DNA of 64,000 nt from Nitrosopumilus sp. (GTDB taxonomy: Archaea > Thermoproteota > Nitrososphaeria > Nitrososphaerales > Nitrosopumilaceae), in assembly GCA_965219345.1 (NCBI GenBank), contig OZ244732.1, forward strand, positions 544,001-608,000, in the 5' to 3' direction. Of this stretch, positions 1 to 10,257 are shown one piece after another (within the stretch, counting starts at the first letter, position 1; each line of letters starts with the position of its first letter). The position numbers and the translations under genes are program-made. Below the pieces are notes generated by a model. The model worked only from the letters and a program-made list of their open reading frames with translations, was not told the origin of the DNA and did no database searches.

Positions 1-566
1 GTCTTGACCATAATTGGACTGACAACAGTGATTCCAACTCCAGTGTTTTTTAGTTCGTGTTTAAGACCCTCTGAAAATCCTAACATTGCAAATTTAGATG
101 CACAGTATGAAGCGATTCCAGGTAAACCAAAGCTTGCTGCAACAGATGCAACATTCACTATATGACTAGATTTTTTTGTTAACATTGATGGGAGAAAATT
201 TTTGATGCAATAAACCATACCAAAGTAATTTGTTTCCATCTGTGATTCTATCTCATCTATAGAAAGATCAGATACAGAACCATAAATTGCAAAACCAGCA
301 TTATTTACTAAGATATCAATAGAATCAAATTTTTCTAAGACTGTTTTTGACATTTCTTTTACTTGATCCTTCTTTGAAACATCACATTGACAGACTAGTG
401 TGGATATATGAAATTCTTTTAATTCATTTGCAACTTGCTCAAGTTTGTCCTTTCTTCTTGCAACTAAAACAATATTAGCGCCTAGTTTTGCAAATTCTAG
501 TGCAGTTTCCTTACCAATTCCAGATGATGCACCAGTTATTAGAACTAGTTTATTTTTGAAATCCAC
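1..566 (-). CDS. SDR family oxidoreductase (3' end runs off window)
   Basis: Hand translation from GTG at 566: MDFKNKLVLITGASSGIG...ILVNNAG...YCASK (TGxxxGxG, NNAG, YxxxK motifs). Confidence 0.9.
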   Translation of the reverse strand, partial: MDFKNKLVLITGASSGIGKETALEFAKLGANIVLVARRKDKLEQVANELKEFHISTLVCQCDVSKKDQVKEMSKTVLEKFDSIDILVNNAGFAIYGSVSDLSIDEIESQMETNYFGMVYCIKNFLPSMLTKKSSHIVNVASVAASFGLPGIASYCASKFAMLGFSEGLKHELKNTGVGITVVSPIMVK

Positions 567-600
567 ATATCAAAAAAATCATATGAAGATAAAGTGGTTT

Positions 601-1641
601 CTATGTAGCTTGTTGTTTTGATATTTTACTTAAGGCTAATTTCACTAAAAGCAGCCAAGTAATCACAATTGGAACATAATAAGTTGCAATTCTCCAGCCA
701 ATAACCGCATCCCAAGCAACAACTCCTTTAGGAACATCAAAGTCAAATGGATTCAAATTATTGAGATATGCTACAATTCCAAACTCCGCCAAGCCAGAAC
801 CACCTATAGTAATTGGCAAGTTACCAATTGCATTTGCACCCATTACTGCCATGATTGAATCAAATGCATTAATCACATATTCTGTTCCCATTGCAATGAT
901 CATGAATGATATTCCATAGAATGACCAAGAAGCAAGTGACACTAGAAAAGATACTGTAAAGATTTTTTTAGATTCAGGAGTTTTTAGATTTTCTTTGCTC
1001 ATGGTACATACTTCTTCCATCCAGGAATTAGTTTTATCAATGTATTTTGCACCTTTTTCTTTTCCAATTCCTTTAACAAAATTTGCTAATACTTTTGGAA
1101 CTTGGAACATACGTTTAGAAGATAAAAAGAATAGAACCATCCATAAAGAAGTTACAACAATGCTAGTAGCTAAAATAATTGCTGCTACAATATATGCCCC
1201 GTTCAATAACGCAATTATTCCTGCTATTATCGATAACAAGCCTGCTGCAAGTACTTCAGTTACAATATCCATAATTGCAATCCATGTAGCTTTTGAGAGC
1301 TCTACTCCTTTCTTCTTCAAATAATAGATTACAACAAATTCTGCTCCAACAAACATAGGAGTTGTAAATTTAATAAATTCACTACCAACTCTAACACCCG
1401 TTAATTTCCAAAATGAATCAAAACTACCAAGATATTTTCTTGCAATGTATGCAAATTTGACTCCTTGAAGACCTAGTTTAATCATCATTGCAAGAACTGC
1501 ACCAACAAACGGAAAGAATCCTATTGCTAATACATCATCTAATTTGATATCAAATTGAATGGCAATAATGAAAATAGGAATTAAAGTAACAGGTATAGCT
1601 ACAAGTCTCCAATTCATTTGATAATTTTTTTGAATAATCAA
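601..1641 (-). CDS. Flippase-like / lysylphosphatidylglycerol synthase TM-domain membrane protein (UPF0104)
   Basis: Multi-TM; TP..VGAE, PITIGGSGLAE and WR..TYY motifs. Confidence 0.75.
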   Translation of the reverse strand: MIIQKNYQMNWRLVAIPVTLIPIFIIAIQFDIKLDDVLAIGFFPFVGAVLAMMIKLGLQGVKFAYIARKYLGSFDSFWKLTGVRVGSEFIKFTTPMFVGAEFVVIYYLKKKGVELSKATWIAIMDIVTEVLAAGLLSIIAGIIALLNGAYIVAAIILATSIVVTSLWMVLFFLSSKRMFQVPKVLANFVKGIGKEKGAKYIDKTNSWMEEVCTMSKENLKTPESKKIFTVSFLVSLASWSFYGISFMIIAMGTEYVINAFDSIMAVMGANAIGNLPITIGGSGLAEFGIVAYLNNLNPFDFDVPKGVVAWDAVIGWRIATYYVPIVITWLLLVKLALSKISKQQAT

Positions 1642-1699
1642 ATATGAAAGTTGATGATAAAGCTAGTTTGAAATATAAGCAAAGAAAAATTAGACAGGA

Positions 1700-2458
1700 T
1701 TGAAAACAATTTTTATTTCTGGCACAGCTGGCTCAGGAAAATCATTACTTACATCAAGGTTATACGAATATTACACAAAAAATGGAGCATTCGCAGCTGT
1801 CTTGAACTTAGATCCAGGTGTGGAGAATCTACCATATACTTGTGATGTTGATGTTAGAGATTTCGTTGATTATGCATCTATAATGCAAAAGTATGATCTT
1901 GGCCCAAATGGAGCTTTGATAATGGCAAATGATTTGATTGCATCAAAAATAGATAATGTTCAAAACGAGGTGAACAGAGTAAATCCTGATTATTTGATTG
2001 TCGATACACCTGGACAAATTGAGTTGTTTGCATATCGTTCGAGTGGACCTTTTCTTGTCGAAAATATTTCATCAGAAGAAAAAACAAGTATCTTTCTTTA
2101 TGATGGTGCTCTAATTACTACGCCAGTAAATTTTGTTTCAATTGCACTTCTTGCAACATCAATAAGATTACGTTTGAATTTACCAATAGTCAATGTATTA
2201 ACAAAAACAGATCTTATTGGTGCCAAGCTAAAAGACATACTACATTGGTCAACAAGTCTAAGTACTCTAGAAAGTGCAATTGGCAAAGAAGCAGATGGGG
2301 ATACCTATACGTTGACCTCAAACATTTTACGGGGTTTGAATCTTGGTGGATTTGCACAAGGATTGATTCCAGTTTCAAATGTTACGGGAGAGGGTTTTGA
2401 GAATCTTGAAGGTGCGCTTAGCAGAATTCTTAACTTGGGTGAAGAGGTAGGGGATTAG
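1700..2458 (+). CDS. GPN-loop GTPase
   Basis: GTAGSGKS P-loop, NLDPG, LGPNGA, DTPGQIE. Confidence 0.92.
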   Translation: MKTIFISGTAGSGKSLLTSRLYEYYTKNGAFAAVLNLDPGVENLPYTCDVDVRDFVDYASIMQKYDLGPNGALIMANDLIASKIDNVQNEVNRVNPDYLIVDTPGQIELFAYRSSGPFLVENISSEEKTSIFLYDGALITTPVNFVSIALLATSIRLRLNLPIVNVLTKTDLIGAKLKDILHWSTSLSTLESAIGKEADGDTYTLTSNILRGLNLGGFAQGLIPVSNVTGEGFENLEGALSRILNLGEEVGD

Positions 2459-3382
2459 TTGGCATCAAAGATTATTGTAAAGGCACCATCATCTACCGCA
2501 AACCTAGGTCCAGGATTTGACGTATTTGGATTAGCAATAGATGCATTTCATGACAAAATAACATTATCTAAAACAAAAAGTGGAATTACCATAATTACAG
2601 ATGATAAAATCCCAACAAATCCTGAAAACAATACTGCAGGATTGGTTGTAAAAAATATGAAAAAAAGATTCAAGATCAAAGGAGGGATTGAAATTAAAAT
2701 CAAAAAAGGAGTTCCTGCAGGATTTGGAATGGGAAGTAGTGCAGCATCAGCAGCGGCCGCTGCAGTAGCATTTGATAAATTATTTAGACTAAAGCTTGAT
2801 GGAAATTCTTTAGTAGAGTTTGCAGGTTCTGGAGAAAAAGCCAGTGCAGGCTCAGTTCATTATGATAATGTTGCTGCTTCTGTTTTAGGAGGATTTGTAA
2901 TTGTGAAGACAAATCCCTTAGATGTAATCAGAGTAGAACCTCCATCAAGTCTTAGAATGTGTATTGCTGTTCCAAATATTGACGTTCCAAAAAAGAAGAC
3001 CAAAGTATCAAGAGGAGTAATTCCAAAGAAGATCAAGTTAACTGATAGTGTTTTAAATCTAGCAAATGCGTCATCAGTTGTTGCGGGGTTTATGAGAAAA
3101 GACACAGAGTTGATTGGAAATTCAATTAAAGATGTGATAGTTGAACCTGCAAGACGACATATGATACCAGGATTTGCTAAAGTAAAGCAAAATGCCCTAA
3201 AAGCAGGAGCATTAGGTGTTACAATAAGCGGAGCAGGACCATCAGTAATTGCATTTTCAAAGAGTTCAGCTAATTTGAAAAAGATCTGCCTGTCTATGTC
3301 AAGAGGATTTGCATCTAAAAAAATAAAATGTAAAACAATAATCTGTAAACCTACTAAAGGTGCCGCATATAAGAGAAAATAA
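2459..3382 (+). CDS. thrB: Homoserine kinase
   Basis: PSSTANLGPGFD, GMGSSAAS, HYDNVA, ISGAGPS (GHMP kinase). Confidence 0.95.
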   Translation: MASKIIVKAPSSTANLGPGFDVFGLAIDAFHDKITLSKTKSGITIITDDKIPTNPENNTAGLVVKNMKKRFKIKGGIEIKIKKGVPAGFGMGSSAASAAAAAVAFDKLFRLKLDGNSLVEFAGSGEKASAGSVHYDNVAASVLGGFVIVKTNPLDVIRVEPPSSLRMCIAVPNIDVPKKKTKVSRGVIPKKIKLTDSVLNLANASSVVAGFMRKDTELIGNSIKDVIVEPARRHMIPGFAKVKQNALKAGALGVTISGAGPSVIAFSKSSANLKKICLSMSRGFASKKIKCKTIICKPTKGAAYKRK

Positions 3383-3397
3383 TCTTAAGGGGATTTT

Positions 3398-4072
3398 ATG
3401 AAAAAAGCAGTCATTGTCTTTAGTGGAGGAATTGATTCTGTTTGTACAGTTTCATTTTTGAAATCAAAGTATGAGTTGTATGGTATTACGTTTTCATATG
3501 GACAAAAGGCAAGCAGAGAAATTACAGCAGCAAAATCTTTTGCAAAGAAACTTGGCTTAAAACAGCATAAAATTATCGATATTGGTTTTATGAAAGATTT
3601 GTACGGTGATTCTAACGTTTTAACAAGCACAAAAAGAAAGATTCCCAGTAAATTTGAGTATTCCATTGTAGTTCCAATTAGAAATGCAGTATTTCTATCA
3701 GTTGCATCAGCATGGGCCTTTACACTTAATGCCTCACTAGTTGTATATGGAGCTCATACCGGAGATAAACACTATCCTGATTGTAGACCAACTTTTGCAA
3801 AAAAACTAGAAGCTGCATTTAATCAAGGAGAGATTGACGGAATCAGTTCAGGATTACGTAAAACCATTAAGATTTGGTCACCTTATCGTGAAGGATTATC
3901 AAAGAAGGACTTACTAAAAGCTGGAGTGAAAGTTTTGGGAGATTCAATCTTTAAGACTTGGAGTTGTTATTCAAATAAAAAATATCATTGCGGAGTTTGT
4001 GAATCTTGTAATAACAGAAAAATTGCATTTCAGAAAGCTGGCATTACAGATAAAACAAAATATCTTAAATAA
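3398..4072 (+). CDS. queC: 7-cyano-7-deazaguanine synthase
   Basis: SGGIDS PP-loop, YGQ, VPIRN, YPDCR, TWSCY..HCGVCESC. Confidence 0.93.
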   Translation: MKKAVIVFSGGIDSVCTVSFLKSKYELYGITFSYGQKASREITAAKSFAKKLGLKQHKIIDIGFMKDLYGDSNVLTSTKRKIPSKFEYSIVVPIRNAVFLSVASAWAFTLNASLVVYGAHTGDKHYPDCRPTFAKKLEAAFNQGEIDGISSGLRKTIKIWSPYREGLSKKDLLKAGVKVLGDSIFKTWSCYSNKKYHCGVCESCNNRKIAFQKAGITDKTKYLK

Positions 4073-4074
4073 TT

Positions 4075-4326
4075 CTAGTAACGATTTCGGAGAATTTTCT
4101 TTTTTAGAATAAAGCCTCGAATTCCAATATACCAAACTAAGAAGAATAGTCCAACAATTCCTGTAATCACATAGTTATGCACTTCTATGGAAAGTCCTTC
4201 AATAGAATCAGCAATTTTAACTGCTGATAGAAAAGAGATTACAATAAGAATTACACACTCTATTGCATACCATGTCCAATGAGGCCATGATTCCTTTGGA
4301 ATGTGAATATTATCATGAGTTCCCAT
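4075..4326 (-). CDS. Small two-TM hypothetical protein
   Basis: ORF with two hydrophobic segments, fills intergenic space. Confidence 0.7.
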   Translation of the reverse strand: MGTHDNIHIPKESWPHWTWYAIECVILIVISFLSAVKIADSIEGLSIEVHNYVITGIVGLFFLVWYIGIRGFILKKKILRNRY

Positions 4327-4369
4327 TAACCTTCATCAAAACCTTGATTATTTAATTTTTCAGTATATC

Positions 4370-4927
4370 CTAAAAAGATGGATCTGAGGTTTGTTTCTTA
4401 ATGAGTGTCATTATGCCCTCTTTTTCTTCTTTATTTTCATAAATTCCTCTAAATGCTGATGAAGAAACCGTTGCGTCATTTCTAACACCACGCATTTTCA
4501 TACAGAGATGTTCTGCATCAGCAAAAACTACAACACCTTTAACACCTTGAGCATATAGCTCGTCAGCAATATTCTTGGTTAGCCTTTCCTGAATTTGTAG
4601 TCTCTTTGAAAATTTTTCTACTAATCTGACGAGTTTTGATATTCCAAAAACTCTGCCATTTGGTGAGTAAGCAATATGGATTTTCCCATAAAATGGTAAC
4701 ATATGGTGTTCGCACATCGAATAAAATTGAATATTGCGTATGACAACTGCATCAGAATCTTCTGAGAATTGTACAGATAACTCAGAATCAGTATCATATC
4801 CAGAAAAGATCTCTTTGTACATATTTGCAATTCTTTCAGGAGTTTCTCGTAGTCCTTCACGGGTAGGATCTTCACCAACTTCAATGATTAGTTCTCTAAC
4901 AAGTTTTTTTACACGTTCTTTGTCCAT
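4370..4927 (-). CDS. folE: GTP cyclohydrolase I
   Basis: [36 protein letters not shown]. Confidence 0.96.
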   Translation of the reverse strand: MDKERVKKLVRELIIEVGEDPTREGLRETPERIANMYKEIFSGYDTDSELSVQFSEDSDAVVIRNIQFYSMCEHHMLPFYGKIHIAYSPNGRVFGISKLVRLVEKFSKRLQIQERLTKNIADELYAQGVKGVVVFADAEHLCMKMRGVRNDATVSSSAFRGIYENKEEKEGIMTLIKKQTSDPSF

Positions 4928-4991
4928 TTTATATTCTCACAGAATTTTTCTAGTATTTGAACCTAATCAGATTTTTAGGCAGGTGTTTACG

Positions 4992-5705
4992 TTATGGTGC
5001 TCCAATAAATTTGTGTAACTGAGGAACTACTTTGACATCAATATAGTGAGGATATACTATATCATACAAATTCAATAAAAGATCTAGCGATGGTTCAGAA
5101 ACACCATAGGTAGGCTGAATGACAAATCCATCAATATCATCTTTAGAGATGATACCAAAAATTTGATTTGTCAATTCTTTAAATTCATTTAACTGAGTTT
5201 TTGAGCTTACTACAATTTTGATGTAAGTTGTTTTCTTTGTCTTTACAGAGGATTCAAGACATTTCATTGAATGAACGATTAATTTTTCATAGTGTTTAGA
5301 GTCTATAAAATCAGAGTCTTTAGTTTTAAATTCAATTTTAACAATATCAAAAAATGGTAAAACATGATTGAACCTATCAATATCAAAACATGATGATTCA
5401 AGGTATGTAGGAATTTTTTTTTCTTGAATATGCTTTGCAAGTAGTGCTACTGCTTCATGTTGGATTAATGGATCACCTCCAGTAAAATTTACTTTGTAAG
5501 TTTGGTTTTTGAGATTGGAATCAATTAGTTGATTTGCCTCTTCAATTGTATATTCTGTGCCAGAATCAAGGGGAAGAGATTCTATGGTATCACAATAAAA
5601 ACAAGTGAAAGGACATCCTGCAAGTCTCACAAATAGAGTCTTTGTTCCATAAAGAATACCTTCACCTTCAACTGATGTAAATATCTCAAATAATCTTACT
5701 TTCAT
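4992..5705 (-). CDS. queE: 7-carboxy-7-deazaguanine synthase (radical SAM)
   Basis: EIFTSVEGEG, FVRLAGCPFTCFYCDT, TGGDP, C-terminal PQLHK. Confidence 0.92.
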   Translation of the reverse strand: MKVRLFEIFTSVEGEGILYGTKTLFVRLAGCPFTCFYCDTIESLPLDSGTEYTIEEANQLIDSNLKNQTYKVNFTGGDPLIQHEAVALLAKHIQEKKIPTYLESSCFDIDRFNHVLPFFDIVKIEFKTKDSDFIDSKHYEKLIVHSMKCLESSVKTKKTTYIKIVVSSKTQLNEFKELTNQIFGIISKDDIDGFVIQPTYGVSEPSLDLLLNLYDIVYPHYIDVKVVPQLHKFIGAP

Positions 5706-5749
5706 GCAATATTCATAATTTTTTTCATTATTAATTCAATGAGTTTCTA

Positions 5750-5944
5750 CTAATGCATGACTGGTTCTTTTGAATAGAATAACCCAGAGATAAAGAATAC
5801 TATTCCTAAAATTCCAATTGTACTTCCAACAAGTTCTACTTGATTTCGAAAATAATCTTCCATCGGAGCCCATAACCACGCCATCAAAGCACCAACCACA
5901 ATCATTGGGATTCCTACTCCAACTGTAATTGATTTAGAGGCCAT
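5750..5944 (-). CDS. Small two-TM hypothetical protein
   Basis: Two hydrophobic helices. Confidence 0.65.
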   Translation of the reverse strand: MASKSITVGVGIPMIVVGALMAWLWAPMEDYFRNQVELVGSTIGILGIVFFISGLFYSKEPVMH

Positions 5945-6020
5945 GCTCTTGCTGTTTAGAAAATGTATATGAAGTTTATGATAATTTAACTAGATTTGTT
6001 TAACTTGTACTGATTTTAGT

Positions 6021-6374
6021 TTATTGATTAAGATTAACTATGAGTTGCTTTGCAGAAATGATCTCATTATCAGAATCATATGTAATCACATATAGCATTG
6101 CATTTGAACTATTAGGGATTGGAGTTACATTGTTTAACGTTATACTATTTCCAGTTGTAAATTTTTCAGTATTTGGATTACAGCTAACACAGCCTATTTT
6201 GTAATTTGTTGTTAGATCATCATCATGATTCCAGGTAATTTTAACAGTTGCAGAATTACCATCATAATTCGATACAGATGTTCTAATATTATCAAGTGAT
6301 TCAGCAAATGCAGGATTTCCTAAAAATACACTAGCCACTAAAATTAACAAACCTAATGATGCAATAACTTTCAA
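6021..6374 (-). CDS. Secreted hypothetical protein
   Basis: Signal peptide ending AFA; beta-rich mature part; ATGA overlap with upstream gene. Confidence 0.7.
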   Translation of the reverse strand: MKVIASLGLLILVASVFLGNPAFAESLDNIRTSVSNYDGNSATVKITWNHDDDLTTNYKIGCVSCNPNTEKFTTGNSITLNNVTPIPNSSNAMLYVITYDSDNEIISAKQLIVNLNQ

Positions 6375-7393
6375 TTCTCTTCCTCCAAATCGTTTCTTAA
6401 TTTAACCATATTTAGCAGGTCTTTTTTATAAATTTCAACTATGCCTAATCTTTCTAGTCGTTTTACAGCTCTCCACATAGTAGTTCTAGGTTGAAGGAAT
6501 TTCTTTCGTAGATCACTCTCAAAAACTTGACCCCCATTTTCAGAGATAAATTTCACAATTTCTTTATCATCTTCACGCATTTCAGGTCTAAGATTAAAAA
6601 TTGTGTGAGTGTCTAAAGATTCTGGTTCTGATTGTTTTTGGGATAATTCTGCAATATGTATTTGTGAAGAGTTGGATTGTTTTTTCTTAAGAATGATTGC
6701 AGCTCCAATACCTACAGCAATAATTGGGCCAATAATTAATCCAATAGTCATAAAATTAAATGAGGATTCAGGTTGATTTGTAGAAATAGTTGATTCTGTA
6801 GTTCCAAAAATGTAATCTATTTGAGTAGGTCCGCTAGAAAATTTTAGTTTAATTTGTTCATCAATTTGTTCCATATTATTTGGTAAAACACTCATTCCAA
6901 TAATTACAGAGGTTTCTGGCATTAGTAATGAGTAATCTGATGGAGAATCAAATGAAAAAGTCCAGACTCGTCCTTCTTTTGAAATTAAATCATGAATATC
7001 ATAATCAACAACAATACTTGACGAACCAAGAGTACCAACTATTGCTTTATCTTCAATAATAGCTCCAGATAACAAAGAACCACTTACCTCTTCAAAGGCA
7101 ATAAAGTTGTCAACAGATGGACCAAAGAGACTTAATTCAAAATCAGAAGCTAAAGAATCCACATCTATCTCAGAGGTGACATGTGTAGAACCATCAGAAT
7201 TAAGGATTAGATCAAGAGTTCGAGTAGAGCTGAATGAGGGCTGTATTGGCATTGTCATAGCTACAACAATCAAGCCAGCAAGTATCAAATGTGCCTTAAC
7301 CATTGTTTCGAAGATACCATCAGTCCTTACAAAAATCATTCCCTCTTCTCGAAGAGACTCGTTCCTATGAATTGATACGATTTCGGATTTCAT
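6371..7393 (-). CDS. Membrane-anchored protein with C-terminal winged-helix domain (one-component regulator-like)
   Basis: Signal peptide, extracellular domain, TM helix, then ESDLRKK..PRTTMWRAVKRLERLGIVEI wHTH; true start probably later than ORF-track start. Confidence 0.75.
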   Translation of the reverse strand: MKSEIVSIHRNESLREEGMIFVRTDGIFETMVKAHLILAGLIVVAMTMPIQPSFSSTRTLDLILNSDGSTHVTSEIDVDSLASDFELSLFGPSVDNFIAFEEVSGSLLSGAIIEDKAIVGTLGSSSIVVDYDIHDLISKEGRVWTFSFDSPSDYSLLMPETSVIIGMSVLPNNMEQIDEQIKLKFSSGPTQIDYIFGTTESTISTNQPESSFNFMTIGLIIGPIIAVGIGAAIILKKKQSNSSQIHIAELSQKQSEPESLDTHTIFNLRPEMREDDKEIVKFISENGGQVFESDLRKKFLQPRTTMWRAVKRLERLGIVEIYKKDLLNMVKLRNDLEEEN

Positions 7394-7397
7394 TGGC

Positions 7398-7685
7398 TTA
7401 ATACCTTAGATTCATACTTTCTACGAGTCCCTGAAATTTCTTAAACTCCTGGAAAAATTGAAGTCCTTTTTCGGTAATCTGAAAGACTCTATTCCTGTCA
7501 TTTTTAACGAAGTCGACCAAGCCTGCTTCTACTAGTTTCTCACATTTGTCTAGTACTGCATAGTGAGATAGGTTGGCTTTTCGAGAGATAGCAGATACAA
7601 TGATTCCATCACGACCACCATCGGCGGTAACGTCTAAGATATCACCCATTATACCCATTTCGGATCTGTATTGTTGTTTTGACAT
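7398..7685 (-). CDS. Winged-helix transcriptional regulator (archaeal HTH_45-like)
   Basis: YRSEMGIMGDIL...ISRKANLS...LVEAGLV...FQITEKG. Confidence 0.85.
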   Translation of the reverse strand: MSKQQYRSEMGIMGDILDVTADGGRDGIIVSAISRKANLSHYAVLDKCEKLVEAGLVDFVKNDRNRVFQITEKGLQFFQEFKKFQGLVESMNLRY

Positions 7686-7732
7686 GCTTTAGTATAGAAT
7701 TAATTAGTTAATGAGGAACATTTTGAAACGTT

Positions 7733-7755
7733 AAAGCGGAACACAAAGCGGAACA
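7733..7755. promoter_or_regulatory. Tandem 11-bp repeat AAAGCGGAACA upstream of wHTH gene (candidate operator)
   Basis: Copies at 7733-7743 and 7745-7755. Confidence 0.4.
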
Positions 7756-7995
7756 GGGATTTTGTTAGAAAAATACCATGATTTTTCAGAAAATTGATGC
7801 GGGGGAGAAAATTTCTAAAAATTTTATGCCTAAAAATTCAATTAGAAAAAAATTATTTTCTTAAAAAAATAACCATTATAGATTTTATTTCAAAAATGAT
7901 GCAATTTTGAGAATTTTTTTATCATTTTCAAGAAATTTAGCATATAAAGAACAAGATGATTCCTCGCCATTCCTAATCTATCATTTACGCAAATC

Positions 7996-8346
7996 TTGAG
8001 CATGAAAAAATTCCAGAATAGAACTAATGAGATATTTGCAATTCTATTGATGCTTAGTGTTTCACCATTATCTGTAACCTACTCATTTGCAGATGTTATT
8101 GATTATCAAGATGAAGAGGATGACATTCCAGATGTCCCAAAAAATATTCAAAATAGCAGACTCAGAATAATTTCTGTTGCGAAACTAGTTAATGGAAAGC
8201 CAGAAGTTCTACATTATGCTTTACCGGGTGATTTTTCAGATAATGATACACAAAGAATGCCATCATTTGAAGATAAAATACCAGATTGGGCATATGTGAA
8301 CTACAAGACACTTGCTCTAGTCAAGAATTCAGAAATTCAAAATTGA
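7996..8346 (+). CDS. Secreted hypothetical protein, possibly a truncated remnant
   Basis: Signal peptide (..SFA) and short mature region. Confidence 0.5.
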   Translation: MSMKKFQNRTNEIFAILLMLSVSPLSVTYSFADVIDYQDEEDDIPDVPKNIQNSRLRIISVAKLVNGKPEVLHYALPGDFSDNDTQRMPSFEDKIPDWAYVNYKTLALVKNSEIQN

Positions 8347-8452
8347 TGATATAATCACCGCTTTTTTCTTTAGTTGACTAAAAATCATTCACAAGGTCAG
8401 CTTTGAGATTCATAGTAACTTTTTATTCCTAGATTGAAAAGAAAATCATAAA

Positions 8453-8917
8453 ATGTTTGATAAATTTAGAGAAGGAGAGATGGTAGAAGAAAGAATGGTA
8501 GAAAATGAAAATGCTGGAGAATCTGTGGAATCTACTTCAACAGCAGAGTCTGAAATTGGAATTGGAGAATTAATAGGAAAACGTGCAAAATTAGAAGAGG
8601 CAATAGATTACGTTGGCTTGATGATTAAGAATCTTAAAGACAAGAGAACTTTGCTTGAAAAAGATATTGAGGAGGAATCAGTAGATATTAAAAATCTTAA
8701 AGAAAAACTACAGAAAGTTAGTGAATACATTGAAGAGGAAAATAAAGGGATCCAGGAGCTTGCAATTAAGAGAAAGCAGGTAGAGAATGAAGCTGATAAA
8801 GTAGGTACAATCATCAATACATTAAGAGATAGACTATCAGGAATTGATAGAATTATTGATGATGAAGGTAATACAGTTAAGAGAGTAAAAGAATCTAGAG
8901 AATCATTAGAAGATTAA
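8453..8917 (+). CDS. Coiled-coil hypothetical protein
   Basis: Charged heptad-repeat sequence. Confidence 0.75.
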   Translation: MFDKFREGEMVEERMVENENAGESVESTSTAESEIGIGELIGKRAKLEEAIDYVGLMIKNLKDKRTLLEKDIEEESVDIKNLKEKLQKVSEYIEEENKGIQELAIKRKQVENEADKVGTIINTLRDRLSGIDRIIDDEGNTVKRVKESRESLED

Positions 8918-8928
8918 AATTTTTAGAA

Positions 8929-9570
8929 TTAGAGGAATTTAGCAGTAGACACTTCTTGAGTATTTGTTGGAACTGAAGGGAACATTTGACCTGCAGAACT
9001 TTCTGCAACAGCAGCAGCCTCTTTTAGAATATTCTCTGATTCTACGTTAGTAGATTCATCAACTCCAAATGCTACATCGCCAGAGAAACTCTCTGTCATA
9101 AAGCCTCCAAGCATTTCTGCCATTTGCCCAATTTCTTGTTCAGCCCCAGGCATTATTTTTCCAAGAGATGATTTTAGATTCTTCATCAGACCCACTGTTG
9201 GCATCATTGCTACCACAGTGTCTCCAAGATCACTGCAGGTAGTTAGACGTAATTCAATTTGTTCTAATGCTATTCTAGCACTACTCAAAATTTTTGTAAC
9301 TTTTCTTATCTCTGCTAACTCATTACCAAGAACTTTGGTGGTTTGAGTATCATGTTTTTGTGTTGCCTCTACAATTCTTTGAAATAATTTTGCATCACGT
9401 TCTTGTAAGTTTGTTAACATCGAATCTAATTTGTTAATTTGTAATTGTAATTTTTTAACTGCGTTTGAAATTCTTGGTTTTAGTGGACCTTTAGGTTTGA
9501 TAGAATCATTAATTTTTTCAGTAATACCTGGCTTTGGTTGTTTCGTCCATTTACTAGATAAATTAGGCAT
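8929..9570 (-). CDS. ESCRT-III / Snf7 family CdvB paralog
   Basis: Snf7-type helical hairpin (NELAEIRKV...ALEQIELRLTT...DLGD), ILKEAAAVAE, FPSVP tail. Confidence 0.85.
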   Translation of the reverse strand: MPNLSSKWTKQPKPGITEKINDSIKPKGPLKPRISNAVKKLQLQINKLDSMLTNLQERDAKLFQRIVEATQKHDTQTTKVLGNELAEIRKVTKILSSARIALEQIELRLTTCSDLGDTVVAMMPTVGLMKNLKSSLGKIMPGAEQEIGQMAEMLGGFMTESFSGDVAFGVDESTNVESENILKEAAAVAESSAGQMFPSVPTNTQEVSTAKFL

Positions 9571-9695
9571 TGAATACGATTTTAGAAAATGTACTTAATT
9601 TCAGGTGTGAATATTGATTTACATTTGATAAAATTTCACTAACAAAAACTAAACTATAGGAATAGCCTTTATTTGAGGTCTGTAAAGTAGGTTAA

Positions 9696-10127
9696 TTGAA
9701 TAAAAAAATTGTATTAATTCCCATAGTTATGATAGTTGCAATTTTTGTAATTATTTCTTCATCAGACCCATCTGAGAAAAATGGCAATCTTGTATTTCAT
9801 GTAACTCTTGCAGATCCTAGCTTATACACTAATGGAGCCTACACTGATACATTTACTATCAATAATGGCGAGTATTCTTTTAGATTTGTTCCAAATGGAA
9901 GTAGCCCAAAGATCTTATCAATAACATTGAGTGGAGAAAAATTTGACTTTTCTCAAGATTTTAGGCTTGAAAGTACCTCACACCAAACTGGGACCTCTGA
10001 ATATTTTACATGGGAATATGTTGGGCAAAAAATTATTTTGATTTCTGAGATGCAAGAAATTTCTATAATTATCAATCCAAATGGAAATGTAGTGGGTTCG
10101 GTATCTGTGGATATTTTAGAAAATTAA
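9696..10127 (+). CDS. Membrane-anchored hypothetical protein
   Basis: N-terminal TM plus beta-rich domain. Confidence 0.7.
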   Translation: MNKKIVLIPIVMIVAIFVIISSSDPSEKNGNLVFHVTLADPSLYTNGAYTDTFTINNGEYSFRFVPNGSSPKILSITLSGEKFDFSQDFRLESTSHQTGTSEYFTWEYVGQKIILISEMQEISIIINPNGNVVGSVSVDILEN

Positions 10128-10130
10128 ATG

Positions 10131-10257
10131 GCGTAAACCCCTTTGCTACAGAACTATGAGAGATTTCCTCTCGTTGTCAGCACGTAATAACGTCTGATTG
10201 CCATTTTCGTTCTGCGGGGTTACGCAATCTTAGTCGATAGGATTTATACCCTTCGGC
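10131..10257. ncRNA. Candidate structured non-coding RNA (family unknown)
   Basis: GC-rich intergenic tract folding into nested stems GCGTAA(A)CCCC/GGGGTTACGC, CAGAAC/GTTCTG, GAGAG/CTCTC, TCAG-ACGT/ACGT-CTGA, plus a separate hairpin at 10233-10257. Confidence 0.5.

Noticed and set aside
3398-5705. queC/folE/queE as a 7-deazaguanine DNA-modification (dpd) system
   Set aside because: No dpdA/TGT-like partner here; best explained as preQ0/archaeosine tRNA-modification and pterin biosynthesis.
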